64,000 nucleotides of DNA, taken from the NCBI GenBank assembly GCA_964057225.1, contig OZ059898.1, positions 14,880,001-14,944,000 of the forward strand. Reading direction: 5' to 3'. Made by a program: the position numbers and the translations under genes. Below, in pieces: positions 13,085 through 21,669 of the stretch; within the stretch, counting starts at the first letter, position 1; every line of letters starts with the position of its first letter. Under the pieces are notes generated by a model that was given only the letters and a program-made list of their open reading frames with translations, was not told the origin of the DNA and searched no databases. The DNA comes from Auanema rhodensis. Lineage: Eukaryota; Animalia; Nematoda.

Positions 13085-14575
13085 TTAAAATCTTTGATCC
13101 AGAAATAAGGCTTTTGATTTTATCCACAGTGTGAATATCCTGGTAGCTATCCATTTTGTGGTTAAGACTGTATTCAAAACTACACAGTACATGATGGGTG
13201 TACATGCCACATATCCTATGGTGGCGGTTATTGCAACGCCTATCAATATGATTCCCAACTTTGATAAAATTAACTTGAAGATTGGGGCAAAGTCAATGGA
13301 TTTGGATTCTGTACCCTTACTTGAGTCACTTTCGTTTATTTCATCTATGCTTGCTATGTGATGTAATATTCCTTTAATAATGATCTTAATTTTTTTATTG
13401 TCGCATGTGGTATAGCATAATTCATCAATCTGAGAATTTTCTCTTTTCATTGTTACTTTTGTGATTGCTACTTTTGGAGAGCATTTTATCATGAAAACTT
13501 CTTTTTGACATTCGATAGAAATCCATGTTTCTTCTGCCGTAAGGCATTGGAATTCTGCGAATGCACCCTGCCCGCAGGAGTAGCAACCTGATAGTTTTGT
13601 CAGGGCAGGTGCGCAAGGCAAATTGTTGGAGAAAATCACTGAGTTTAAGAATAGGGATGAATCGACCGTAACTAAATTTTCGTCTAAATTTGTAGAGAAT
13701 GATAACGTGTTATCTTTAGTTTTAAAGTTTTGGTTAGGAGATGTTATGTCTGATGTATTGGACATTTTTTCAAAAGTAGGGGTATCACACCTACATTTTA
13801 TTTCATCAAATCTATTGAATGTGCAAGGGCAGAATGAGGATACTGTACAGTTATTAAAATGTTTTAATGCGGCTTCCTCTGTTGCACATTGAATTATTCC
13901 CTTTGTGTGTATATCCGTAATGTACGTGTTTTCTTTGGAGGAAAAAAATAATTTTGTGTACATTTCTGGAGGAGGTTGTGATTGTGATAACGTTGTTATA
14001 TTGAAAAGTTGTTCACGATTTTTCGTGTAAGGTTGTAGAGTGATATTGTAATTATTTTTCTGCTGGAGTAATGTTGTTTCTATATTAAATACGGTTTGGG
14101 TGGACCAACTATCACAAGTATAGACTTCGTATACTTCCTCAGTGACGGGTATATGCTCTATTTTGTAGAAAAGGCACGGATCTGTCCAAATCATAGGACA
14201 TGTGTAAAATCTCGCTGACGATGTGAAGCAACCTGATTGTGAAGGGAACGTATATGGTTGTAGTTCCTCGATTTTATTATGAAGCGAGTTAGTTTCACAT
14301 GTTCCGTCACACGAGCCCCGGTGACGGCATCGTAATATGTTCAATATGTTGACGGTTGTCTGTCTAGTGAAGTATCTAGTATTCTTCTGGCAGACATGTT
14401 CAGTATATAGTTTAGTTATTTTAAATTGACCAATTTCATGATTAGAATGCGTTATGGTAATGCATAATTGTTTTGTTCCGGGAGAAAATATGATATCTTG
14501 ACTGTATTCGTGATAACAAGCTAAGTTGTCATCGCATCGTATGTTAACGAAGTGTTGAACGTGAACATCGGAACA
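13085..14575 (-). other. Phlebovirus Gc (G2)-like class II fusion glycoprotein domain (~497 codons)
   Basis: Follows an internal signal peptide (LLAIILALCIGSCSS|CSDV); motifs CRHRGSC and LSGCYSCGQGA; C-terminal TM. Matches the known env type of nematode BEL/Pao elements. Confidence 0.85.
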
Positions 14576-17500
14576 TGAACTGCAGCTTCCAATACATAAA
14601 GCCAAGATGATTGCCAGTAACGATGGTAAAGATGTTTGCGACCCTCTAGTAAAGAGAGAGAATTTTGGTGGCTTTCTCGTATGGTTTAAAATAGGGTAAA
14701 TATGCTTTTGAAAGGTTTCATGATCCACAATATTAGCGTCTTGTGTGTTCGTTTGTTTTAATTGCAACGTATCATTGTGGTCTTCTGTTATTTTTTGATC
14801 AGTTTCATGATCTTCTTGTTCGGAGATTGTTTTATGTTTTAATTTCATGATGTTGAGCATGGTTTGAGTGTTTATGGACCATGTCTTATATCTATATTGG
14901 CTGTAACCCATGCGGCATAGACAAGAGACTATGAGGGTAACGGCCATAATGGTTATTATCACTGTCCATGTTGCCATTTCTGGGGAGCAATGAGGATTCG
15001 CTATAAGTTTTGTGGTGAACATGTTAGAGTCCTTGCAACTATTGATTTCTTCGGCATATGTCGAAGTTATTATAATCGGTAAGGAAAGCGCTTTCATTAT
15101 GTCAGCTGCTACTTTTGGGTTTATTTTATTTTTTCTTTGGTGTGTAGCATAGGACATTTTTAGTGGGAAGGCTTTTATAATTTCCTTCTCAGTGACATCA
15201 TCTTGTTCTGTATATTTTGCTGTTTTTACTGCTGATTGTTTTGTCTTATTTTGAGGTCGATCATTTGTGGCATCCTCATTATTCTCTGTTTCTGGAGTGT
15301 ATGTATTATCATGTTGCGAGTTATCTGATTCATATGCAATATCGTAATTATGGCTAACATCATTTATGTTATTATTCTCATGTATTGTTTGATCTGTATG
15401 TTCTATAGGATGATCGAAAAGTATATTGTCTAATACAATATCAGTATGTGGGGTTCTATCTGTTGAGCTATTATTTTCTTGAACTATGTGTGAGTTGTCT
15501 TCTATGATTTTGTTACTGTTAGTGTTGCATCTTATCTCTAGTGGATAGAGCTGATTAATGGATCGAATAATTATGTTTCCATTGCTTGTTGCGACTTTTG
15601 CTGAACGTATGTTGCCATCTGAACTAGTGATTGTTTCAATGATGCGACCTAGTTTCCATGTTCCTCGTGGCAACATGTCGTTTTGTATCAATACTATTTC
15701 ATCTGGTTGGGGGAAGATGTTTGTGTGATTTTTTCTATGGTGTTTATGCTTAAATATATCTTTTAAGCTTGTTAGATATTCTTCTTGAAATCGTTTCCAA
15801 AATTTAGATGCTGAGTCTTCTGATAATTGAAGCGCTTCTAGCGCTTGCTCTGTTGATTGAATCGTTTGAATATCGCTATGGATATCAAATATATGAGTAT
15901 CCGCGTTGTTTTCAGGTAATGAAAACTTTATGGCTGATGTTAAAAAGTCAATTGGCCTTATGGGTAGAGTATCTAAATTATCTGGGTGTGGATGGGTGAG
16001 TGGGCGTGTATTAATTATAGCTTCTATTTTTACAATGGCTGTGTGTAAGTCATCCAGGGACATTCGACTAGGAATGAAACATTTTTTGAGTGAAGCTTTG
16101 GTTACACCTACTAAACGTTCCCAACATCCACCTTTCCAGGGTGATAATGGAGTGTTGTATATCCATTTAATTTTTTGCTGTGCTAGTGTGTTTAGTAAGC
16201 TTCTTTCGTTGTAATCCGAGGTTTTTTCAAGGGTTTCTAATATTTTTGAGCTCAGAATAAAGTTTCCTGCGCAGTCACTGCGCATAATTTCTGGAGTACC
16301 TCTGCGTGATATAAATCTATTAAATGCATTCATAAAGGCAACTGTGGATTGATTGGTGACTACCTCTAAGTGAATTGCTCTAGTTGTCATGCATGTAAAC
16401 AGACAAATATGGACTTTAGACCCATTTCGAAGGGTGAAGGGGCCCATAAGATCACACCCTGTTGAAAAGAATGCTCTTGTAAGAATCGCTCTATCTTTTG
16501 GTAGCGATGGCATATCTGGTAATTCATAAGGGTGTGATTGAAATCTTTTACATGTCACACAGTTTTTCAATGTTTGTCTGATGACTCCGGTTATTTTTGG
16601 TATGTAGAATTTTTGTCTCAATTGAATAAGCGTGAAATGTTTGCCTTGATGATTATTGTCTTTGTGTATTTTGTTGATCAGTTTTTTAACTATGGGGTTT
16701 GTTTTAAGAAGGAATATAGGGTTTTTCGTCTCTTCGGGAAGAAGAGTATTTTGTAAACGGCTTCTTACGCGATAAATATCCCATGTATCTTTGAAGAATT
16801 TTAGATTTACATGTCTTTGCTGTAAGTCATCAAGGCTCATATTAGATTGACTGTTACTGATCAAAATTTTTTCAATAATGTTGATGTCTTCAACAGTGTG
16901 CGTGTCTGTTGATGTGAGATGTTTTGTTTTTTGCAACTTGTTGGCGTTGTTAGGATGGACTTTAAGAAACCATTTTTTGAATAATTTTCCTACGGTTGTC
17001 ATTGTTTTGATCACATCATCATAGTTTTCACGAATGTTCCAAATATCATCGGTTGGAAGATTGTCTATAATTATGTGGACCACATTGTGATGCTCCGATT
17101 CTGATTCTGCGTTATTCCTGTTAGAGTTCTTAGGCGAGCCGAATGATGTCAGAGGGTTATGAGCGGAAAGTTTAGTTAACCAATGTGGACCCTTTATCCA
17201 GTCGGAATCTTGTAGTTTCTCGATGTCTGCACCTCGGGATCCGATGTCTGCAGTATTGTACGAGGTTTGTACATGATGTAATTCTACATTGCAGCATACT
17301 TGTTTGATTTGGTGTAGCTGTTTATTTATAATGTTTGTTTGATTTTTAATGAACAGTGGGAGGGATTTTAGAGAAATAATCCATGATAGCGCGATGTTGC
17401 TATCGCTTACAATGTTGACTTTTGCCACTTTCGGGCATATGGTTACAATAGCTAATGCCATTCGTACTGCTAAGCGGATGGCTAATAATTCTAATCGAGG

Positions 17501-20500
17501 AATTGTGGTCTTATTTTTGGGTGCTATGCGGGATTTACCGTTGAGCAGAGAACTAATCTGCTCGTTTGTTTGGAAATATGAACATGCGGCCATGGCTTGG
17601 TTGCTTGCGTCAGCAAAGACCCATAACTGTGTTGTATGTTCAGAGAATTTAAAATATCTTCTCATGGTCAATTGCTGATTGTTAATGTGATTAATATGTT
17701 GTTCCCATTGTTTGATATTATCTGATTCAATGGGTTGGTCCCATGATAATTTTGTGTTTATGATTTCTCGCAAGATAAGTTTGAGAGGTAACAGTAATGG
17801 TGCTGCTAATCCAATGGGATCAAATATTGAGTGTAGCTGACTGAGTAGAATTCTCTTGGTGTAACTTGTGTGAGTCGTTGTTATTTTTATTGGGATAATG
17901 AAGGAGTCGTGTTCTTTATTAAAAGATATGCCAAGTATTTTGGTTGTCATGTTCGGATATCTGTCTTCTTCAGGAAGGTTCTGTATTACTTGTTCGTCGT
18001 TTGACAAGAATTCGCGAACATGCATGTTTATTTCTGTGAATAGTTTTTGGGTTTCTTTACATTTCTTTATAGCTTCTGCTGTTGTATTTGCTGTAAGAAT
18101 GATATTGTCAACGTATAAGTTGTTCAGTATTTCCATAGCTAATGGGTTGTCTACTTTTGATTCTAAGAACCATTTTATGCCCATGTTCAATACGCTGGGG
18201 GATGCAGTGATACCGAACGGTAATCTGTTGAATCGAAGGGTTATGATATTGTTGTGAGATATTGGGTATTCTTTGTTTTTTATCCAAAAGAATTTGCATA
18301 GATTTTTGTGATTCTCTGTCAGTTGTATTTGTAAAAATGCGGCTTTGATATCGCATGTTATTAATATTGGTCTTGTTCTGCAGGAGATCATGATGTCGTG
18401 TATATATGTGATAAATGATCGTCCTGTGTGTATTATCTCATTCAACGACGGGCTGTCTTTCTGTTTAGCGGAGGCGTCAAAAACGATTCTGAGAGGGTTA
18501 GCCTTGCTGGGCTTCCAAACCCCATGGTGGGGCATATAAAACTCTAAAGGCTCCTGGTGATTGTTGGGAATTTGTTCGACAATGTTATCTTTGAGGTAAC
18601 TTTCAATGGTTGTAGTATAGTGTGAGAGCATTTCTGGATTGTGCAGTAACTTTCGCCATAGGGATACGAATCTATGGTACGCGGGCATTTTGTTGTTTTT
18701 AAGATTTTTGAAGTTATTTTTTAACGGGAACGGTGCAATAATACGGTTGTTCTCAATTTTTATATCTTTTGAGTATTCTTCATAGTAATCAATAGTGCGG
18801 TCTGCGTTGGCATTTTCTGTATTGATGCCGATAGAATCCAGTTCAAACAGATTAGTGAGGAGTTCTTTATGAGAGGTTTCTTTTGTTATTTCTTCTACTG
18901 TAGAGCATAATATTACTTCTTGTTGTGTATTATCATCGGGAAGAGGAGCTTCTCCATGTATCATGTGGCCGAATACCGAATTTTTCAATCTCATACGTGA
19001 GGGGAGTTCGGTTTCTTCGTTTAAATGCATGAACAGTTTGTATCTATCCATACCTATCAGTATATCCGGAGTAAATGATTCTCCGTTTGTTTGTGGATTG
19101 GCTAATTTTATTTTTCTTGTCTTTATAAATTTCAAGTCTTCTTTAGATAGTTTTGGACAACGTATGGGTGTGGTTAACATGGGTTTGGTGAATAGTTTTG
19201 TTACGATAAGGGATCCACTTGAGGTTCCAATAATTACCTTTACGTCCTGAACTTCGTGCGTTTCGGACAATGCTCCGATACCGTAAAAGGTTTTCTTTTG
19301 AGAACCAAGGATGGGCAATCCTAACTTAGTGGATAAGTCCTTGGATATAAAAGATCTCATGGATCCTTCATCTATGAGCATGCGTACTTGCTCATATTTT
19401 TTACTATTGTGGTTGTATATGTTTGCCATTGCTGTTCGTAATATTACTTGACTTTCTTCAATATTATGGGTGTCGGCAATGTGATTAAGCGATACTGGTG
19501 CATTAAGTGCCTCAGTAGGGATTCGATTATTAGTGTCAGAGTCTTGTTTATATTCTGTTGTTTTTTTATTCAATAATTCTTCTGTGGTGATCAGTAAAGC
19601 CTGATCTTTTTTAATTGTGGGAGTTTCTTTATCTTTTTGGATATTTTGTACACTTTTTCTTCCTTGTGAGCACAAGGCGGAATTATGATCTCCTTGGCAA
19701 TTGCGACATTTTTGTTTTCTGCATTCCGAACTTTTGTGTTTATCGGAAAAGCAAATCCAACAGATGGCCTTTCCGCGAATGCGGTACCTTCTTTTCTCTG
19801 GTGTTTCAAATGTGGTGCATTGATAAAAACGATGCTCGGATGAGTCGCAAAAGACACATGGCCAAGTTTGGGTTTTCCGTTGTTCTGCAGTGCTGTCTTT
19901 ATGTGAAACAGATGTGACATTGTCTTTGTGATTTCGAAACTTTTGTTCATGACTATTTCTTGTTTGTTCTTTTAGAATAAACGAATAGATTTTATGGTCT
20001 ACAGCTGCCAGCATTTCTTTAGTAGAATGGTAGTTGTTTGGATGAATTAGAATGTCTTCCACGATGTGGTATGGGAATTTGTTGAGAATCATCGCGGTAC
20101 ACATTTCGCGGGATACTGTAGCTCCGGCTGCTTCAATTTGCCTGATAAGTGCCTTGGTTTCTCCAAATGTTTCTTTGCATGCTTTTGCATTATTGCTTGC
20201 AAATCTCAAATTACGTAGTTGTGTTAAAAGAGAGTTGATATCCGACGAATAGTCTCCAAATTCAGAAACTAATGCTTCACGCATGAGCTCATAATTTTGA
20301 GCAGAGGGTTCTATTCCTCTGATTGCTATTTGTGAATTGCCTTTGAGGCTTTCACAGAGTAGGTTTACCTTTTCTAAGGTTGTAAACTGTTCATTATCAT
20401 GAACAAGTCTATCAAAACGGCCCCAGAATGATTTGAAGTTCTCTGGTTTGCCATCAAATGTAGGTAGCGACATCGCTGGTTTTTGGATGCTAGTTTGTTG

Positions 20501-21016
20501 GATGTGTAGGAATGACTTGATAATTTCCAGAAATTGATCATTCGATTTGTTTTCTGTTTCATTGTTTTCTGTTGAGCAATTGCTGTTGTGCTCAGATTCA
20601 TTCTTATGAAGCGTTTTTCTCAGCTTTCTAAGTATGCGTTCGGCTTTCATGATGTGTTCGTCAAGCTCAATAATGGCGTTTTGAACCTTTTTAATGTTGG
20701 GTTCAAAGTCTTCATCGGATGTGAAGGCGATGTACTGTTCGTCTAATGCTTTACGAAGCGTTTTGTCTGATGCTTCGTAAAATTTTTGGAATTTTTTCTC
20801 GTTATCTTGATGATTTTTTAACGATTCTTTGAATTGGTGTTGGACTTTTGTCCAGCGAATGATAAGGCAAGAGAGGGTTTCCTCTTCTTCCTCAGTGTGG
20901 AAGTCGCAATCTACCAGAATACCAGGAAGGTCCTTCACTTCCATCTCGTATCGTGTAAGCAGTTCTCCAAGAAACTGGTTAGATTGTTTGATATGATTGA
21001 CAAAAAGGAGTGACAT
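13085..21016 (-). CDS. Gag-protease-RT-RNaseH-integrase-envelope polyprotein (2643 aa)
   Basis: Gag LPTFDG..FWGRF and three CCHC knuckles; protease LIDEGS; RT LRIVFDAS/CDIKAAF/RLPFG/YVDN; RNaseH FADAS, TIPRLEL; integrase HHCC plus CDLMGP/SDCAGNF/WERL; Cys-rich glycoprotein with a C-terminal TM. Confidence 0.97.
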   Translation of the reverse strand: MSLLFVNHIKQSNQFLGELLTRYEMEVKDLPGILVDCDFHTEEEEETLSCLIIRWTKVQHQFKESLKNHQDNEKKFQKFYEASDKTLRKALDEQYIAFTSDEDFEPNIKKVQNAIIELDEHIMKAERILRKLRKTLHKNESEHNSNCSTENNETENKSNDQFLEIIKSFLHIQQTSIQKPAMSLPTFDGKPENFKSFWGRFDRLVHDNEQFTTLEKVNLLCESLKGNSQIAIRGIEPSAQNYELMREALVSEFGDYSSDINSLLTQLRNLRFASNNAKACKETFGETKALIRQIEAAGATVSREMCTAMILNKFPYHIVEDILIHPNNYHSTKEMLAAVDHKIYSFILKEQTRNSHEQKFRNHKDNVTSVSHKDSTAEQRKTQTWPCVFCDSSEHRFYQCTTFETPEKRRYRIRGKAICWICFSDKHKSSECRKQKCRNCQGDHNSALCSQGRKSVQNIQKDKETPTIKKDQALLITTEELLNKKTTEYKQDSDTNNRIPTEALNAPVSLNHIADTHNIEESQVILRTAMANIYNHNSKKYEQVRMLIDEGSMRSFISKDLSTKLGLPILGSQKKTFYGIGALSETHEVQDVKVIIGTSSGSLIVTKLFTKPMLTTPIRCPKLSKEDLKFIKTRKIKLANPQTNGESFTPDILIGMDRYKLFMHLNEETELPSRMRLKNSVFGHMIHGEAPLPDDNTQQEVILCSTVEEITKETSHKELLTNLFELDSIGINTENANADRTIDYYEEYSKDIKIENNRIIAPFPLKNNFKNLKNNKMPAYHRFVSLWRKLLHNPEMLSHYTTTIESYLKDNIVEQIPNNHQEPLEFYMPHHGVWKPSKANPLRIVFDASAKQKDSPSLNEIIHTGRSFITYIHDIMISCRTRPILITCDIKAAFLQIQLTENHKNLCKFFWIKNKEYPISHNNIITLRFNRLPFGITASPSVLNMGIKWFLESKVDNPLAMEILNNLYVDNIILTANTTAEAIKKCKETQKLFTEINMHVREFLSNDEQVIQNLPEEDRYPNMTTKILGISFNKEHDSFIIPIKITTTHTSYTKRILLSQLHSIFDPIGLAAPLLLPLKLILREIINTKLSWDQPIESDNIKQWEQHINHINNQQLTMRRYFKFSEHTTQLWVFADASNQAMAACSYFQTNEQISSLLNGKSRIAPKNKTTIPRLELLAIRLAVRMALAIVTICPKVAKVNIVSDSNIALSWIISLKSLPLFIKNQTNIINKQLHQIKQVCCNVELHHVQTSYNTADIGSRGADIEKLQDSDWIKGPHWLTKLSAHNPLTSFGSPKNSNRNNAESESEHHNVVHIIIDNLPTDDIWNIRENYDDVIKTMTTVGKLFKKWFLKVHPNNANKLQKTKHLTSTDTHTVEDINIIEKILISNSQSNMSLDDLQQRHVNLKFFKDTWDIYRVRSRLQNTLLPEETKNPIFLLKTNPIVKKLINKIHKDNNHQGKHFTLIQLRQKFYIPKITGVIRQTLKNCVTCKRFQSHPYELPDMPSLPKDRAILTRAFFSTGCDLMGPFTLRNGSKVHICLFTCMTTRAIHLEVVTNQSTVAFMNAFNRFISRRGTPEIMRSDCAGNFILSSKILETLEKTSDYNERSLLNTLAQQKIKWIYNTPLSPWKGGCWERLVGVTKASLKKCFIPSRMSLDDLHTAIVKIEAIINTRPLTHPHPDNLDTLPIRPIDFLTSAIKFSLPENNADTHIFDIHSDIQTIQSTEQALEALQLSEDSASKFWKRFQEEYLTSLKDIFKHKHHRKNHTNIFPQPDEIVLIQNDMLPRGTWKLGRIIETITSSDGNIRSAKVATSNGNIIIRSINQLYPLEIRCNTNSNKIIEDNSHIVQENNSSTDRTPHTDIVLDNILFDHPIEHTDQTIHENNNINDVSHNYDIAYESDNSQHDNTYTPETENNEDATNDRPQNKTKQSAVKTAKYTEQDDVTEKEIIKAFPLKMSYATHQRKNKINPKVAADIMKALSLPIIITSTYAEEINSCKDSNMFTTKLIANPHCSPEMATWTVIITIMAVTLIVSCLCRMGYSQYRYKTWSINTQTMLNIMKLKHKTISEQEDHETDQKITEDHNDTLQLKQTNTQDANIVDHETFQKHIYPILNHTRKPPKFSLFTRGSQTSLPSLLAIILALCIGSCSSCSDVHVQHFVNIRCDDNLACYHEYSQDIIFSPGTKQLCITITHSNHEIGQFKITKLYTEHVCQKNTRYFTRQTTVNILNILRCRHRGSCDGTCETNSLHNKIEELQPYTFPSQSGCFTSSARFYTCPMIWTDPCLFYKIEHIPVTEEVYEVYTCDSWSTQTVFNIETTLLQQKNNYNITLQPYTKNREQLFNITTLSQSQPPPEMYTKLFFSSKENTYITDIHTKGIIQCATEEAALKHFNNCTVSSFCPCTFNRFDEIKCRCDTPTFEKMSNTSDITSPNQNFKTKDNTLSFSTNLDENLVTVDSSLFLNSVIFSNNLPCAPALTKLSGCYSCGQGAFAEFQCLTAEETWISIECQKEVFMIKCSPKVAITKVTMKRENSQIDELCYTTCDNKKIKIIIKGILHHIASIDEINESDSSKGTESKSIDFAPIFKLILSKLGIILIGVAITATIGYVACTPIMYCVVLNTVLTTKWIATRIFTLWIKSKALFLDQRF

Positions 21017-21289
21017 TTTTGTTGTAGATGTAGGAATAATGCTTATATTCCTTTTTTGTTTTCTTTTTTCTTTGTTTGTTTGGTGATCACAGTATATGTG
21101 AACGTAAGGAAATTCAAACCTCTGTTTCTAATTTCAGAGTTTGCTTATTGTTCAAGTCTGTTTGGTGTGACTTGACGTGGACTTATGATCGCCACGATTT
21201 TTATTAAGTATGTTTTTTGCTCAAACACGCTTGGTTCGAGTTGTATCTCACCTGCCACGCGGGACTTAAAGCGGCTAAGATCTAAACTA

Positions 21290-21301
21290 GCCGATGCACC
21301 A
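21290..21301 (-). promoter_or_regulatory. Primer-binding site TGGTGCATCGGC, complementary to the 3' end of tRNA-Gly(GCC)
   Basis: Lies 3 nt inside the 5' LTR; + strand reads GCCGATGCACCA, the tRNA-Gly(GCC) 3' end including CCA (consensus from memory). Confidence 0.88.
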
Positions 21302-21304
21302 ATT

Positions 21305-21554
21305 TATGGCGTTATACCACAAGTGTATAGTATGGTTGGAAGTAAAACACAAAGCGAATATGTAAAAAAGGGTTTATTGATGAATTAACAAGACAAGCAC
21401 GGAATAAAATCACTGACTGCGAACGTTGAAAATGTAAGACTGATCTCTTCTCGTGGGCGGTCGTCAGCCTGAAACAAAGAGTTAGTCATGCCACATGTAT
21501 AACACAACATGTGGTATGGATAAAAATTACTTAGGAAGTTAGAAGAAAGAAGAA

Positions 21555-21605
<51 letters not shown>

Positions 21606-21669
21606 AGAAACGAATAAAACAATTGTTGAAGATAAAAAAATTATACAAACTCACTCGCTTATCGCGACA
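21305..21669 (-). repeat. 5' LTR (365 bp) with (GA)22 microsatellite
   Basis: Direct repeat of 11867-12245; adjacent to the PBS. Confidence 0.96.

Larger units (their letters stand above)
11867..21669 (-). mobile_element. Full-length BEL/Pao LTR retrotransposon (belpaovirus) with phlebovirus Gc-like env
   Basis: Two LTRs, GTATT TSD at 11862-11866 and 21670-21674, PBS, PPT and an intact polyprotein. Array phase shifts by exactly 9808 bp (9803 element + 5 TSD). Confidence 0.97.

Noticed and set aside
19364-19372. Protease active site DEG instead of D(S/T)G as a sign of inactivation
   Set aside because: The catalytic Asp is retained and DEGS variants occur in BEL/Pao proteases.
13131-20252. 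Short + strand ORFs antisense to the polyprotein
   Set aside because: Shadow ORFs with no motifs, expected opposite a long coding frame.
21232-21301. Functional element-encoded tRNA-Gly gene
   Set aside because: No T arm or B box in the proper place and no 5' acceptor strand; better explained as an extended PBS.
21290-21301. Element primed by the tRNA-Glu of the surrounding array
   Set aside because: The PBS is TGGTGCATCGGC; a Glu(TTC) primer would need TGGTTCCCATG.
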